A stretch of 64,000 bases of DNA from Moniliella sp. 'wahieum'. Its lineage: Eukaryota. The notes below the pieces were generated by a model. That model searched no databases. It had not been told where the DNA came from and worked only from the letters and a program-made list of their open reading frames with translations. Below, piece by piece: positions 25,180 through 37,422 of the stretch; the first letter of the stretch is position 1, and each line of letters begins with the position of its first letter. The position numbers were made by a program, and so were the translations under genes. Location: the NCBI GenBank assembly GCA_003971905.1, contig RSEE01000002.1, positions 496,001 through 560,000 of the forward strand. The letters run 5' to 3'.

Positions 25180-27930
25180 ATGATGCGCCTCGGATGGCTC
25201 TCCATATTTTCTTCTTCTACCTGATGGCGGAGCATGCTGTTACTGATGTTTTGGGCTTTTTAGAGACACGCAGTATCGTGTACTAAGGCCGGAGCTAGCC
25301 TTATGTTTTGTTCCTACTTTCGATGCAGCCACACTCCAACACAGTTGTACTATAGATGTCCGACTCTGATTATAATTAGGCTTGTACCAGACTGTGCCAG
25401 TGTGATTTGGTCAGAGATGAGATCCATGTGTGCATGGACAAACGGAGATATATTCAGCGCAGAGGTTTGTGGCTTGAGCGTATGACAAAAAGTGAGATCG
25501 AGTATCATCAGCATCTGAGTGTGTCCTATATATATGGTGCGAGAAGGAACAGGATTCCCTTTTCTATTGACCCACTTCCGGCATCACCTTGTGGTTATTA
25601 CCGGGCGACTCCAACTTTTGCCTCATATCTCCTCTTCGCATCCGACATGCTTTACCATGGGAGTTGTCTAGTAAGGCGAAGGATTACATCAACTCGCTTC
25701 CTCCCGACCAGCAAGAAAACATGAAGAAGAACTATATATTGTTCAATGACGACTCTTTCAAAGTCTCTAGCATCTGTGGGTGAGTGTTTAATCATCTCCT
25801 ATGGTCTCTACATCAGCGCTAACTTTTTTTCCTCCTCTCACAGCTATGCCATCTTAGGAACGTTTGGAGCCGTTATCGTTATGATCGGGCTGATGCGTCT
25901 CCTGAGGTTCATTCTCGTCAGGATCTTCAATGTTCGTTATGGGTCTCACCACCCTTTCCCACGGCTATACCGCACCCATCTGCTCGAAGCACCCTTGTTG
26001 CACCTTCAAAAACGAGCCCAAGCGCATGAATGGTTTCACGGTTCTCTGATCGTCCGTGCCCCAGGAAGGATTCACACCTGTGCTTTAGTGGCATTGCTCA
26101 TTACCAACGTGGTCTGTTGTTTTGCGTTTTACCATTCGCTTCCACCCGGTATCCGTTCCAGCGAGTTTCTGGGATCCATATGGAACCAACATGCTCGGTC
26201 CTTCTCCGACCGAGCTGCTCTCCTCACCATGTCGCAACTGCCCCTCGTGTTTTTTTTCGGGTCGGAACTCACCCGTGGTTCTCATCACAGGATGCAACTT
26301 CAATACGTTGATGCTGTATCATCGCTGGCTGGCTCGAATTGTCACAATTCTCACCCTCGGTCACGCGATTGGATACACCATCGTCTTTTCCTGGTACAAG
26401 AGCTACAACACAGCGTCATTTAAAGAGGATTGGTGGAACTGGGGGATTGCAGCGTTGTCCATGTGGTTCAGTGCTTGCTTTTCTCTTACACCCTCTTCCG
26501 TCGCTGGTCTTACGAGATCTTCATCGCTCTCCACATTATTTTTGTCGCTTGGTCCTGCGCCTCGTTGTGGAAACATATCCAGCGTCTGGAGAAAACCACA
26601 AATACGCCATTCCTTGTCTACCTCTGGGTCGCACTCGGTTTTTGGATCTTGGACCGCCTCTTACGATGCATCCGAACCACTGTCATCAGCATCAACCTGT
26701 TTCTCTGTGCGAGGCAAGGGAGGCTTATCGCAGGCATTCGTTCAATCACTCCCTGACGGTGTGTATTGCTCGTGCGGATCCGCCCGGCTGGGTACTGCTC
26801 TGGAATTTTGCAAGTTCGTCCTGGGCAGCACATTTACATCAACATCCCGCGGATCCAGCCTCTGTCATTGCATCCCTTCACAGTCCTAGCAACCGGACGG
26901 GATGAAGACGAAAACAAATCGCAGTGGATTGATGTGGCCATCCGCCCCGTTTCCGGCTTTTCCCATTTATTGGCCAAAAAACATGATGCGGAGGGCAACA
27001 GCCAGGAGCATCTCAAGTTTGTTGCCTTTCTCGATGGTCCTTATGGTCGCGGTGTCGAAGCGAACGGGTATAATTCGTGCGTCATGATTGCGGCTGGAAT
27101 TGGTGTGACCCACATTCTTTCCGTACTGCTCGATACGTTGAAAAGGTCTGCTCGCACTTCATCGATTACTGCGGGACAAGAAGACCAGGAGGCGGGAGAG
27201 GTTGTCAAGCAGCGGATGGATTTTATCTGGGTGATCCGTTCCCCCGCTTCACTCGTCTTGGTCCTCCCCTATCTTGTCACGGCCCGCACAACGTCTCGGC
27301 ACGGACCGTACCGTCGATGTCCACATTCGCATCTTCATTACTGATGTTGCGGGTCTGACAGGATGCCAAAGTCCGGATAGCACTCCCAATCGATCAATGA
27401 TTTGAGAAAACCGGACAAAGTCTCACCCCCCGCACACCGTCTCCTTGGAGGAACCGACATGTCTTACGGCTTCGTTGGGAAAGGACTCCAGCTCGAACGG
27501 ACCCGGACGTTGACCTGCCTTCACCCCTGCTCTCCAGTCCTACGGCGGGGGTACACAGAGTGACTCGGGGAAGTCAACAAAGGATCAAAAGATTGACGAG
27601 AAGATCCGCATTGAAGATAACATCACCATTGAGGACAACATCGACGCTTTCCTTCGCCGCCACGACCCCTCAAGCGATCTGGCGGATGACCTGAAAATAC
27701 TACGCAAGGTCATGTCGGTTAGCTTTTTGCTCCATCGCCCTAGTATCGAGCAAGAGCTTAAGCTGGCTGTCATGGCGTCGCCCACATTCCATAAGGACAA
27801 CGCCCGACGAAAGATTCTGGTCACTTCATGTGGCCCTGCGCTTTTCAGCGACGAGGTGCGCCGTTGCATCCGTCAATCTCGTTCGACCACGGACCGCATT
27901 GACTACGATGAAGAGGTGTTTGCCTGGTAG
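25180..27930 (+). CDS. Ferric/cupric reductase (FRE family flavocytochrome)
   Basis: Signal-like N-terminus. Heme-ligand helices GRNSP...YHRWLARI...HAIGY and YEIFIALHI. FAD motifs RPGQH and HPFT, NADPH motifs DGPYG, AAGIGVT and SCGP, and C-terminal EEVFAW. Several 5' introns and frameshifts. Confidence 0.9.
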
Positions 27931-28939
27931 ATTTCTTGTGCCCATGCTTTGCTTGCCCCATATGTCCCACGCACGGTCTTATGCCTTAAGCCCTGTCAAT
28001 AATATGACCGCGATTTAATGTAGGGATGCTGTCACGGTCTCTCCTCTAAAAAACAAGCGAATCAGGTAGATCTTCTCGTCGATCTCGAACTCAGCAGTCA
28101 CTTGTCGACAACTAGCCACTAGTGCCACTGCTCTTCGGAAACCTGTGTCTCCTTCTCTTTACCAGCGCATCTTTGCCCCCTTTTTGGTACTTGATCGATG
28201 ATCTCACTCGCATCGCTTTTCCAGATGCGATGAATGAACGGACTGGACGTCTGAAAACGCCTGGACAGGCTAGGATACGACCCCGCTCAGGCCTCTTGCA
28301 CCGAAGCCAGGATTCGATGAAACAGGAAATGGCCATCCAATCACCGGTGTTTCCGATGATTCAATTTTCAATAGTCACCGGTCAATACCTCACAATCACC
28401 GGTCAATGCATCCCGTGGTGCAATTGGGCAGTGCTAGTGATGCCGGTGATGCTGGTGTGTGATCTTCTCGTCCCCGCTGCCCCATCGGATTCCCCGCCGG
28501 GACAGCACCAGCGCAGTGTGCGGCCCTGCTCGGGGACGCTCGTGCACCTGGGCGCTTGGGCGCTGAGCCTCAGCGCCGAATATGAATGCGGGACGCGGCA
28601 CGCGGCACGGGGCCGGTGGCAGCCTGTGGCAGCCCGTGGCAGCCCCCGGGGCCCAGACGCAGCGCACATGCAGGGCGCATGCAGCGCCCGGCACGCGGGC
28701 AGTGCGGCCTGCGTTGGGTTGAGCTGATCTCGACTGGGATCGGCAGTACAGGCCCAGCCTCGGCGACGCCGCACAGGGGCACTCTCTCGCCTGCCCGCCC
28801 TTCCACCCGCAGACCGCCGAGCGCCCGCCCGCGCTGGCCAGAACACCCGCCCGCATCCACTCGTCCCCGCGTCGCCTCGCCTCGCCTCGCCCCCGCCCTC
28901 CACCTCGCCTCGTCTGTGCTCTCCGTGCCGTCCGCTGCC

Positions 28940-30642
28940 ATGGCCTACGACGACTACGAGTACGACGACCGCACCACCGGCTACGACGCCCACGAGTCCT
29001 ATGGCCGCCACCCCTACCACGACGCCGATGACAGCGACCACCTCGAACCCCGCGACCAGCACGACTACGGCGTGAGCCACAGCCACTCGTACGGCCACCC
29101 CGAGTACGACTACCCCGCCCAGCAGCAGCAGCGCCTGCGCTCCGCCCCCATCTACGAGTATGGCCACGGCGAGTACGACTACCCGACCGCCGTCGACCAG
29201 CCACCTAGCCCGCACCCCCGCCCCTACGGTTCGGACCGAACGCCAACTGAGGACGGGGCCTACGGCGCCGGCGGCTACGACAGACGCTCCGTTCCAAGCG
29301 TCTATGGAGAGGGACGGTCCAACGTGGGCGACATTTGGCTTGCGGATGAGGCCCATCGCCCGGTGCGCGACGAGCGACCCTTGCTGCTAGGGTACGTGCC
29401 TGCCTGCCCTGCGTTCCGACGAGGATGAGCAGGAGATTGACTGTATGCTGACTACCTGACTCACATCTGCCCCTGCAGTTCCATCTTTTGCTTTTTGGCT
29501 TTGGCAATCATTGGAATCGTGTGCGGCATTATGTTGGCTGTCGTGGTGTGTATTTTCGGCCTTCATCGCCTCCCCTCCCTCTCCTCCCCATCCCCCCACC
29601 CTCCTTTCCTCACTAACGACCTCCTTACCTCCCCTCAGTTTGTTCGTCCCCCCAATGTCGGCATTGCTGGATACACCACTCCTAGCGTTTATGTGCAAAA
29701 CCAAGCGTTGATGATGAACACATCGGTATACGCCGGGGTTTCGAACCCCAACTCGGTTAGCGCCAAGGTCAAGAAGGTGCATGCGACGATCTACGAGCGG
29801 GACGTACCCAACCATGTGCTTGGCACCTCGGACACATCCAACTTGAAAGTCAACGCGCACGCCAACACGACCCTTGTCTTGCCTGTGCAGTTCCAGATCG
29901 CATCGTCACAGGACCTGGCCTCCAACGCCCAGACGGTGACTAGCATGGCTCAGAGCTGCGGCTGGGACCTGTCGAGCTTGGCAAAAGCGTTGGGCGTTAG
30001 TTTGCCTTCCAACTTGCGCCGCCGCGCCGCCCCTCACTCGCTAGCCAAGCGCTCAGGCACCGTTCCCCTCTCCGTTGATCTGGACATCAAGGTGTCCGTC
30101 ATGTCACTCAACTTCCATTCTCCGGTACACAACGTGTCGGTAGATGTGACCTGCCCGAGTTTGGCCAACTTGATTGGCGGATCGAACGGCAGCGGCAGCG
30201 GCAGCGGCAGCAGCAGCAGCAGCTCCACCAGTTTGCCCACCTTTAGTTCTCACAGCACTTCCCCCACTTCTACGTCCACCACTAGTGTGCGGAGCAGCAC
30301 AACGTACGTCTTCCTCTCTGTTCCTTTGTGAAAATGTTACTAACATACAGTAGATCTACCCCGGTACCTGCTCCCACCACATCCACCCCGCCCCCCTCGT
30401 CCTCACGCACCCACTCGGCCACGCCCACGTCCACACCGGCCCCGAGCCCTACTTCCATCCCAGCCAATTCTCAGCAGTCCATCGTTAGCTCGGTCCTTTC
30501 GCAAAGCCCGGCTCTCAGCTCCTCGTTGGAGAGCCAAGGTGGTGATGGCGGGGTGGGCAACCCATTCAGCGGTATCTTAAGTCTCATTTCCGGTGGCTTG
30601 CCCATTCGCCGTGCCCTGCCGACTGGGATGCCGATTGCGTAA
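28940..30642 (+). CDS. Type II membrane protein with LEA_2/WHy-like domain and Ser/Thr/Pro-rich tail
   Basis: Tyr/Asp-rich N-terminus, one TM helix (ALAIIGIVCGIMLAVVVCIF), then VRPPNV and VSNPN motifs. Introns at ~29392-29478, ~29560-29638 and ~30304-30351. Confidence 0.65.
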
Positions 30643-30943
30643 ATACACCAATCGAGTTGGCCCCGACTGGTAGGTAGCTCGGTGTGGACGAGTGGCTCTT
30701 GGCGAGCAGCAAGTGGCCTGTAGCTTAAACCGGCTACGTTAAGCGTACTTGGTTTACCAGGGTTGTTTTCCTCCCTCTACCTTAACTCTAGCTCTCATCC
30801 CGTTGCTTCCCTGGCCTTTTTTGTCTTGTGCACTGGCGTTGTCGGTTGGGGTTTGTATTATGCCCTGTCCTATCCTATCCTTCCTTCGCCTATCCTTTCC
30901 CCTTTCGTTCTGCTGTCTGTCCTGTTCCCTCCCGCTCTCCTTT

Positions 30944-31005
30944 TGATTTGATTTGATTTGCTTTGGCTTGCTTTGACTTGCTTTGACTGGAGTTGGTTGG
31001 GTTGG
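30944..31005 (+). repeat. Degenerate pentanucleotide microsatellite (TTTGA/TTGCT/TTGGG)
   Basis: Sequence tgatttgatttgatttgctttggcttgctttgacttgctttgac...gttggttgggttgggtt. Confidence 0.6.
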
Positions 31006-31825
31006 GTTCGCGTTCGAGTTCGATCTGTGCATGGTATCCTTTGTGTTTCTTCCTATCCATCCTTGGTATCCAACTCAGTACTCATTAGTACTCATTGTTC
31101 GTCAGGCTGAGCCGGTGTGCCCATCCCTACTTATCTTGACTCGTCACGCGTCACGACTGCCATGACCGCTGCGGCGTCCTGAGGCTCCTTGAAGCTCAGA
31201 CTGAACGGCACCCAGGTCTGATGCACGGGTGGATGCCACACAGGGAAAGTCCGTAGCTTCGTCGGACCCCTGTCGACCTGAGCCCACACTGCTGCCAGGG
31301 TGGGGGAGGGAGGGGGGAGGGGCAGTTTCACACAGATAAGGATCGTTTGTTGTGTTGGTCATCGTTCTTCAATGTCAGATGATCGAGGAGGCCTGAGGCC
31401 CGAGGGAAGATGATTGAGATGTGAGCGGGGCTCTTGCGTTAAGATCAGATGACTACGTTGAGCGAGTGGCGATTGAATACTTACTATTGAGGCTTGAAGC
31501 TAGAAGGGGCGGAGCCAAGAACACCATAGCCAATCCATCTGCTTGCCTCCCCTTCCTCCACAGGCTCACAACTCACGTTTCCTAACACACAGAACCACAA
31601 ACTCTACTCTTTCGAAGTCGAGGGATACGAATGGCGGCTGTGTGGGTACACAACCAGTATGGAGCACATATAGTTTACTCATTCAGCGCTTTGGACCTGG
31701 TAGTCAACGGCGAAAAGGAGAGCGTAGAAAGAAAGATGAAAAGTGTGTAAGGAGAGCGTCAATAGTGACACATATCATGTGTCCATCACTAATATATAAC
31801 GTTGACCCATCAGTGGAGACGCTCC

Positions 31826-32315
31826 TCAAGCCAAGGCCCACAAGACGCTCATGAGGCTCACTGCGATAGCAAGAGCCTGCGAAGGTCGAGCCAAGGTGGA
31901 AGCGGAGGAGAAAGCAGTTCCTTGATCCTTGTTGCCTCCACCAAAATAGACACCTCCCTGTGTGGCTTGCACTAGGTTGGATTGGGTACTCCACCCAGGA
32001 ATAGCCCCCGTACCCGAAAGAATGATGCCAGCTGGCACGGTGGGGGTACCAAGACTGCTGAACACCGGTGGCGTGTACCCTCCAATGGACTGCAGCGAGG
32101 CGTGGGTCGTGGTCGCTGGACGCCCTCCTCCGGCAGCTGCCTGTATGTTGCAAAGTATGTTGCGAAGAGGGTGCGTTCGTACAGCGAAGGGAGAAGGCAG
32201 CATTAGCGTTTGCGGAAGGGGAGGGGGGCACACGCATGGGACGTACCTGTGCTGACACTGTAGTAGCCAGGAGAGCCATCAACATGGCAAACAGTAGAAC
32301 GGATCGCGGGATCAT
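31826..32315 (-). CDS. Small secreted, probably GPI-anchored protein (~127 aa)
   Basis: Signal peptide MIPRSVLLFAMLMALLATTVSAQ, intron 32246-32141 (GTACGT...ACAG), G/T/S-rich body, and hydrophobic C-terminus SSAS...ALAIAVSLMSVLWALA. Confidence 0.75.
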
Positions 32316-33742
32316 GATAAAGATGCACACTGGTGGTAGCCACAACAGAAGGAACGAATGAAAAGAATGAAGATGGACACAGAAAAGAAGACGGAGTCCA
32401 ATGGGGCAGTTCTGCGGGCTGAAAAGAGACGAGATGAGAGAGTTGATAATGTGGCTGGGAGAAAAGGATGTCCAAACACCATGACTTTTTGAGGCTGGCG
32501 ACCCTTAGCGACGCTAGTGACTAGTGACGAGGCTCTTGCATTTACAGCATTTGGAGACCACGAGCGATGAGATCGGAGATCGGAGAGCCGAACCACACCC
32601 CGTGTTGATGCCCTATTAGCATGATCAACGTTCGACCTATACTATTGTGTGGGCATGTGTGGATCGGTGGCCTCGCATCCCCGCGCGTGTGGCTCTGTTG
32701 GCTGTGCGCGGACTCCCGGCAAAGGGTATCGTGTTCCATCCTCGGCACTTGCGCCGTTCCTTGCTAGGTCATCGATCATCATGAATCGTGTGTTAAACAA
32801 ACGTCAACGTGTTCGCCAACGTGTTAACGCATCAACGTGTTAATCACATGTGTTAATCATGTGTTAATCATTTGTCACACTGATGTCATGCCGTGTTGCC
32901 TCCGGCCTCCAGGACGAACCGCGAGCACTGTTGCTCGTACTAGGCCTGTGCGGAAAATCCCTGTTTCACAAACGCCGCCAGGCATGCAGGGCCTGCTTCC
33001 AGCTTCAGAAGCCGCACAGCTCTGACAAGCTCTGGCAGCTTTCAAAGGGCTTTTCCAACTGTTTACGCGAGCGCATGCAAGCTGCCACAAGCCGTTTCTT
33101 GGCAAGGGGCTGTTAGTGATCAGGCTGATCATCGACACCGCTGAGTCTCAATCTCAGGCCTGAGGCCCTGAGGCCTAGTCAGATGGTGGCAGCCAAACGA
33201 AGAGGACTGAGTACGTTGAGTTACACACTAGCTTTTAGTAGTCCAGTACAGTATATAGTTACTGAGTTACTGACTGAGCCGTTGTGCAAGTAGCGGCAGG
33301 AACAGGCTTGGCGTTGTTCAGTACCAATAGTCACTGGTCACTAGTGCTGTGGCTTGCGCGCTGGCTGAGCTTGCCCTGACAGTAAGTGACTAGTGGCCAG
33401 CGGCTGCTGCTCCCCCTCTCCCCTCGCTCTACTTCATTTGGTGCGCGCGACACATGTGATCTCGCGTTTTGCTCGCTGCGCCCGCCCCGGCAACGCTGTG
33501 GGGGATTAACAACGTGCTCTTTTGTTGAAGAGCGCGCTGAGGCTGAGCGCTGAGCCGCTGAAGTTCAGCGCTGATGCGCTGATGAACGAACACGTTGAAC
33601 GTTGAGTTGAACGGTCTGAGCGCTGAGCGCTCAGGTTGAGCCCGCGGTTGAGTTCTTCCACCCGGTAGCTGATTTTTTGTCTCGTGTGCCTCGTCTCTTC
33701 TGGACTTTTGCCGGGTCTAATAAGGTAACCGGTAACTGGGTA

Positions 33743-33953
33743 TGTCACAAGCCTAGCTAGCGATGCTGGCGATGGTCGATGGAGATGGCATTCAAGAGCT
33801 AAGGAGAGCTAGAGCTATGGGCCTTGATAGGCTCCTGGCCTGGAGGCCAGTGGAAACCCGTGGAAGGGTCGGAACTCACTGCCCCGGTGCACTGTGTGGA
33901 TCGGGCCACGTGTCACTGAAGGCCGATGGGCTCTAGACCACTGGTGGTCAACA
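33743..33953 (-). repeat. 3' LTR (211 bp)
   Basis: Identical to 38803-39014 except one substitution and a 1-bp indel. Preceded on the minus strand by the purine tract AGCGGGGG. Confidence 0.97.
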
Positions 33954-36900
33954 CCCCCGCTGGCCAGAGGTCTCAGTGGCACGATGGAAGGTTGTAACGT
34001 CCTCAAGCTTGAGGCGAGGCAAGTTGGCCAGGAGTGAGACCTTAGTGGCTGGTTTGGTGAGGATGTCGGCCGGGTTCTCGTTTCCAGCAATGTGCGCGAT
34101 TTTGACTTCGCCCGAGTCGACATGCTGGCGTACGTTGTGGTACCGGATGTTCAGCTCACGTAGTTTGCCCGTGCTGCCCACTTTTTCGGCCAAGGCAAGT
34201 GCCGCCATGTTGTCGCAGTACCAGTGTATGGGCTCGTCTGAGGTGATGGCACCGAGCTCCAGTAAGATGTTTTTAACGTAGTTCGCATCAATGAGGCCCT
34301 CATATCCCGCCGTATATTCGGCCGCAGCAGTGTTGGTGACGCTCTTGGGTTGACGCACGCTCCTCCAGGACACTGGAACCCCGTAGACGAAAAGCAGGCA
34401 TCCCGACGTGGAACGCCATTGGTCAGGGTCTCCAGCCAGGTCGGCATCCGTGTATAGCGCGAGAGCGGGTGCGTCAGGCTCGGGTGTTAGTCGGAGACCG
34501 TAGCCCTTGGTACCGTAGAGGTAGCGGAGGAAGTTTGTTGCCGCAGCGCGGTGGGCCTTGGAGGGATCGGCAGTTGCTCGGCTTAGAGCTGAGATGCCGA
34601 ACAGCGCATCAGGGCGGCACATGCGGGCAGCCCACAGCCCAGATCCTACTTTGGCTTGGTAGTCGCGTCTCTCGGCGGGCAGTGCGGGCGGTTCGGGGTC
34701 GGTGCGCGCGGGGATCATCTTGCTGGGGTGGGGGAGGCCCATAACCAGGGGTGGCGGAACCTCATGTTTGGCAATGGATTCCTCAATGAATTTTGGCTGG
34801 CTAAGGTACAGTTTCCCGTTTATGGTGTCGTACTGGCAGCCAAGATGGTAGTGTAGGGGGCCGTTTCCCCGCACCTCGATATGGGTGTTGATCTCAGTGA
34901 GGAAGGAATCGTAGCGTGCGTGAGACGTGCAGGCGATGAGAAGATCGTCGGTGTGCACGGCAAGGAGGACCGTGTCGCCTTTACGGGGTCGGATGAACAA
35001 GCACGGCTCAGCCAGAGATTGTACAAAACCCATGTCTCCGCGGAGCAAGTCACGGATGAATACCGCCCAGTTTGCGCCGGATTGGTGGAGGCCATATAGG
35101 CTTTTCCGGAGACGCCAGACCTTGCCTTTTTCCTCGGGAAAGAATGGGGGTGGGCGGAGGTACACTTTTTCCGTGAGGGGAGCGTTCAAATAGGCAGAGT
35201 GCACATCAGCAGTGAAGAGGTGGAGGCCGAACTTTCCAGCAAGGGCGATAAGGCTGAGGATGGCAGGAGTGCGCACGGCAGGGGCGAATGTTTGTCCCCA
35301 TGTGTCAGCATCCTGCTGGTGGCCCCCGGCAACGAGACGGGCTCGGTAGCGTAGGAAATTTCCGTCCGCGTCCGTTTTGGTGTTGACGCCACAGACCAAT
35401 CAGCAGCTGCGCGTCTGGAGGGGGCGTGACGACTTCGAATGTGCCGTAGCGGGCTAGGGTGTCGATTTCCGTGCGCATCGCCTCCAGCACTGGTTCGAAT
35501 GAGGGGTGTGATTGGAGGCCCTTCATTGTCTTGGGTGCAACAGGTACTCCGTCCTTGGTGAGCTGGATGCGCTCGTGCGGCCCTGGCTCGCTAAGGGCGA
35601 TCATCGCCTTGTATTCAGGCGGATGGAGACCGTCGCTGTACGCGGGCAGGGCAGTGTCGGGCAGTGGGAAGCGTAGGCCGATCGCAGGACTACGACTACC
35701 GTCAGGGAGGGGAACCGGAGGCAGCGCGGCAGCGTGTGCGTGGAAGTCACCATCATGAGGGTCGTCCGCTACGGGGAGCTGTGCCCAGTCAAGGTCAAAA
35801 CGGCGCTGGTGGGTCCGGGCGGGGTACCGTCTGGTGGTGGGGGTGGTTGGATGGGTGTCGTTTTGTCTTGCGATGGTCGCGTCAGTATCAGTGTTGATTC
35901 TCGGTGGTGTGTTGGGATTTGCAACTTCAATTTTGTTCATTTTTTCTTCTCCCTTTTTGGTTTCAGTGTCAGTCATAGTTCTGTCAGGCAGGGGTTGAGC
36001 GGGGAAGCGAGATACGTCAGGCGGAAAGCGGTCGGGGAAAACCTCGTGGTATTGGCGCTGGGTCCACTTGTATGGTTTTGCCCATTGGGATCGGAACGTG
36101 CCCATGGACGGGTCGTACACAGCCCAGCGCCAACCCTTTGTACCTCGACCTGCGTCGTACCCGACGAGCATGGCTTCGACAGCCCGCGGACTGAGCTTAT
36201 GGTCACGTTGGTCCTGGGCCAGGTGAAGGTACGCCAAGGATCCGAAGGCGTGCATTGGCAGCGGTGGGGGTGACCCCTTGTACAGCTCAGCCCGAGATTG
36301 TGTGCCCTGGCGTGGAGATGTCGGTGGCATGAGGTTGTGCGTCCAGCACCCTGCCAGCAAGGCATCCTGCCACCAGTTTGATGTCGGGAGGCCCGAGGCG
36401 ATGATGAGTTGGCGCGCGCGTGTGGTGATTGCCTGGATGGCTCGCTCGGCCACCCCATTTGATTGACTTTGGCCTGGTATGGTGGTTTCCGTCGTGATAC
36501 CTTCGGATTCAAGGAACGGACGGAGTGCGCTGGTGAGCTCGGGGGCATTGTCTGTCTTCAAGATGCGAAGCAGACGGTCCTTTCCGATGCGTTGCTCGCG
36601 GGTGATGAGTTTTTTCAGCTCCGCCGTGGCTTGTCCTTTCGTCTTTAGGGGAACAGCGAAGGTGTAACGGCTCCAGTCATCAACCGCGACCAGGGCGTAT
36701 CCATGTCCCATGCCAGTGATGCGAGGGAGGTCGACTACGTCGGCGTGCAGTACTTCGAAAGGACGTTCCGAAATGCGGCGGCCGTGGCGCGAAGGGTGGC
36801 TGGGCGCTTTGGCCAGAGCTTTTGTGCAGGTGGGACAATGCCAGAAGGGGCGGATGCGTCGGATTTGGGCAGGGCTGACGCGGAGGCTCGCTCGCGCGTT

Positions 36901-37422
36901 GGCGGTTAGTGTCGGGAGTAGGTCTAGCGCGGCGTGGTTGTACTGTTGGTGAACGTACATGACGTGCTCGATGGTGTTGGCTGCGGTGTGTTGGGTGGCG
37001 ACGGCAGCTTTGGCCGCGTGTTCGTTTGTGGGTGTCGGTTTCGGGACGATGTTCAGCTTGTATGAGGAATCCGCGATTTGGTGATATTTGCCATGCTTGT
37101 CATTTAACCAGATACCTTTTCGGTGGGGGGCGAACCAGGATGCGTGGCCTGCGTCACTTATTTGCGCTACGCTCGTGAGATTGCTTGCTATGCCGGGGAC
37201 GTATAGACTGCCGGGTAGGTCTACATGGATACATTTGCCGTCGGTACACTTGATACCGATGCTACATGTTCCGCGTCCACTGGCTTTAATATGTTTTCCA
37301 TCAGCGATTTCGATTGAGCGGTTGCTGGGCTTGAGGGTTTTGAATACCCTGAGATCCTTCCAGATGCTAGGATCCGCGCCCGAGTCGTGACGAGACTGGA
37401 TGTCCTGGTTGCCCGCGAGTTC
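33948..37422 (-). CDS. pol: Copia Pol polyprotein (protease, integrase, reverse transcriptase, RNase H); one frameshift near 35400
   Basis: PR: HDSGA and LYVPGIASNLTSV. IN: HxxxxH...CPTC, LHAD, TDNAPE, NGVAER, GTKGW. RT: YRARLVAGG, DVHSAYL, LRKSLYGLHQS, HTDD. RH: YTDAD, AAEY, CDN, NPADILTK. The stop lies just inside the 3' LTR. Confidence 0.93.
33954..33961 (-). other. Polypurine tract of the retrotransposon
   Basis: Minus-strand AGCGGGGG directly abuts the TGTTGA start of the 3' LTR. Confidence 0.6.

Noticed and set aside
28403..29356. Long antisense ORFs (also opposite the kinase, GATA and pol genes)
   Set aside because: These are shadow ORFs of GC-rich coding sequence with no independent motifs.
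35395..35410. Programmed frameshift between integrase and RT (also the gag shift near 38140)
   Set aside because: The shifts fall inside domains where copia elements do not recode, and they match the indel errors seen throughout the window.
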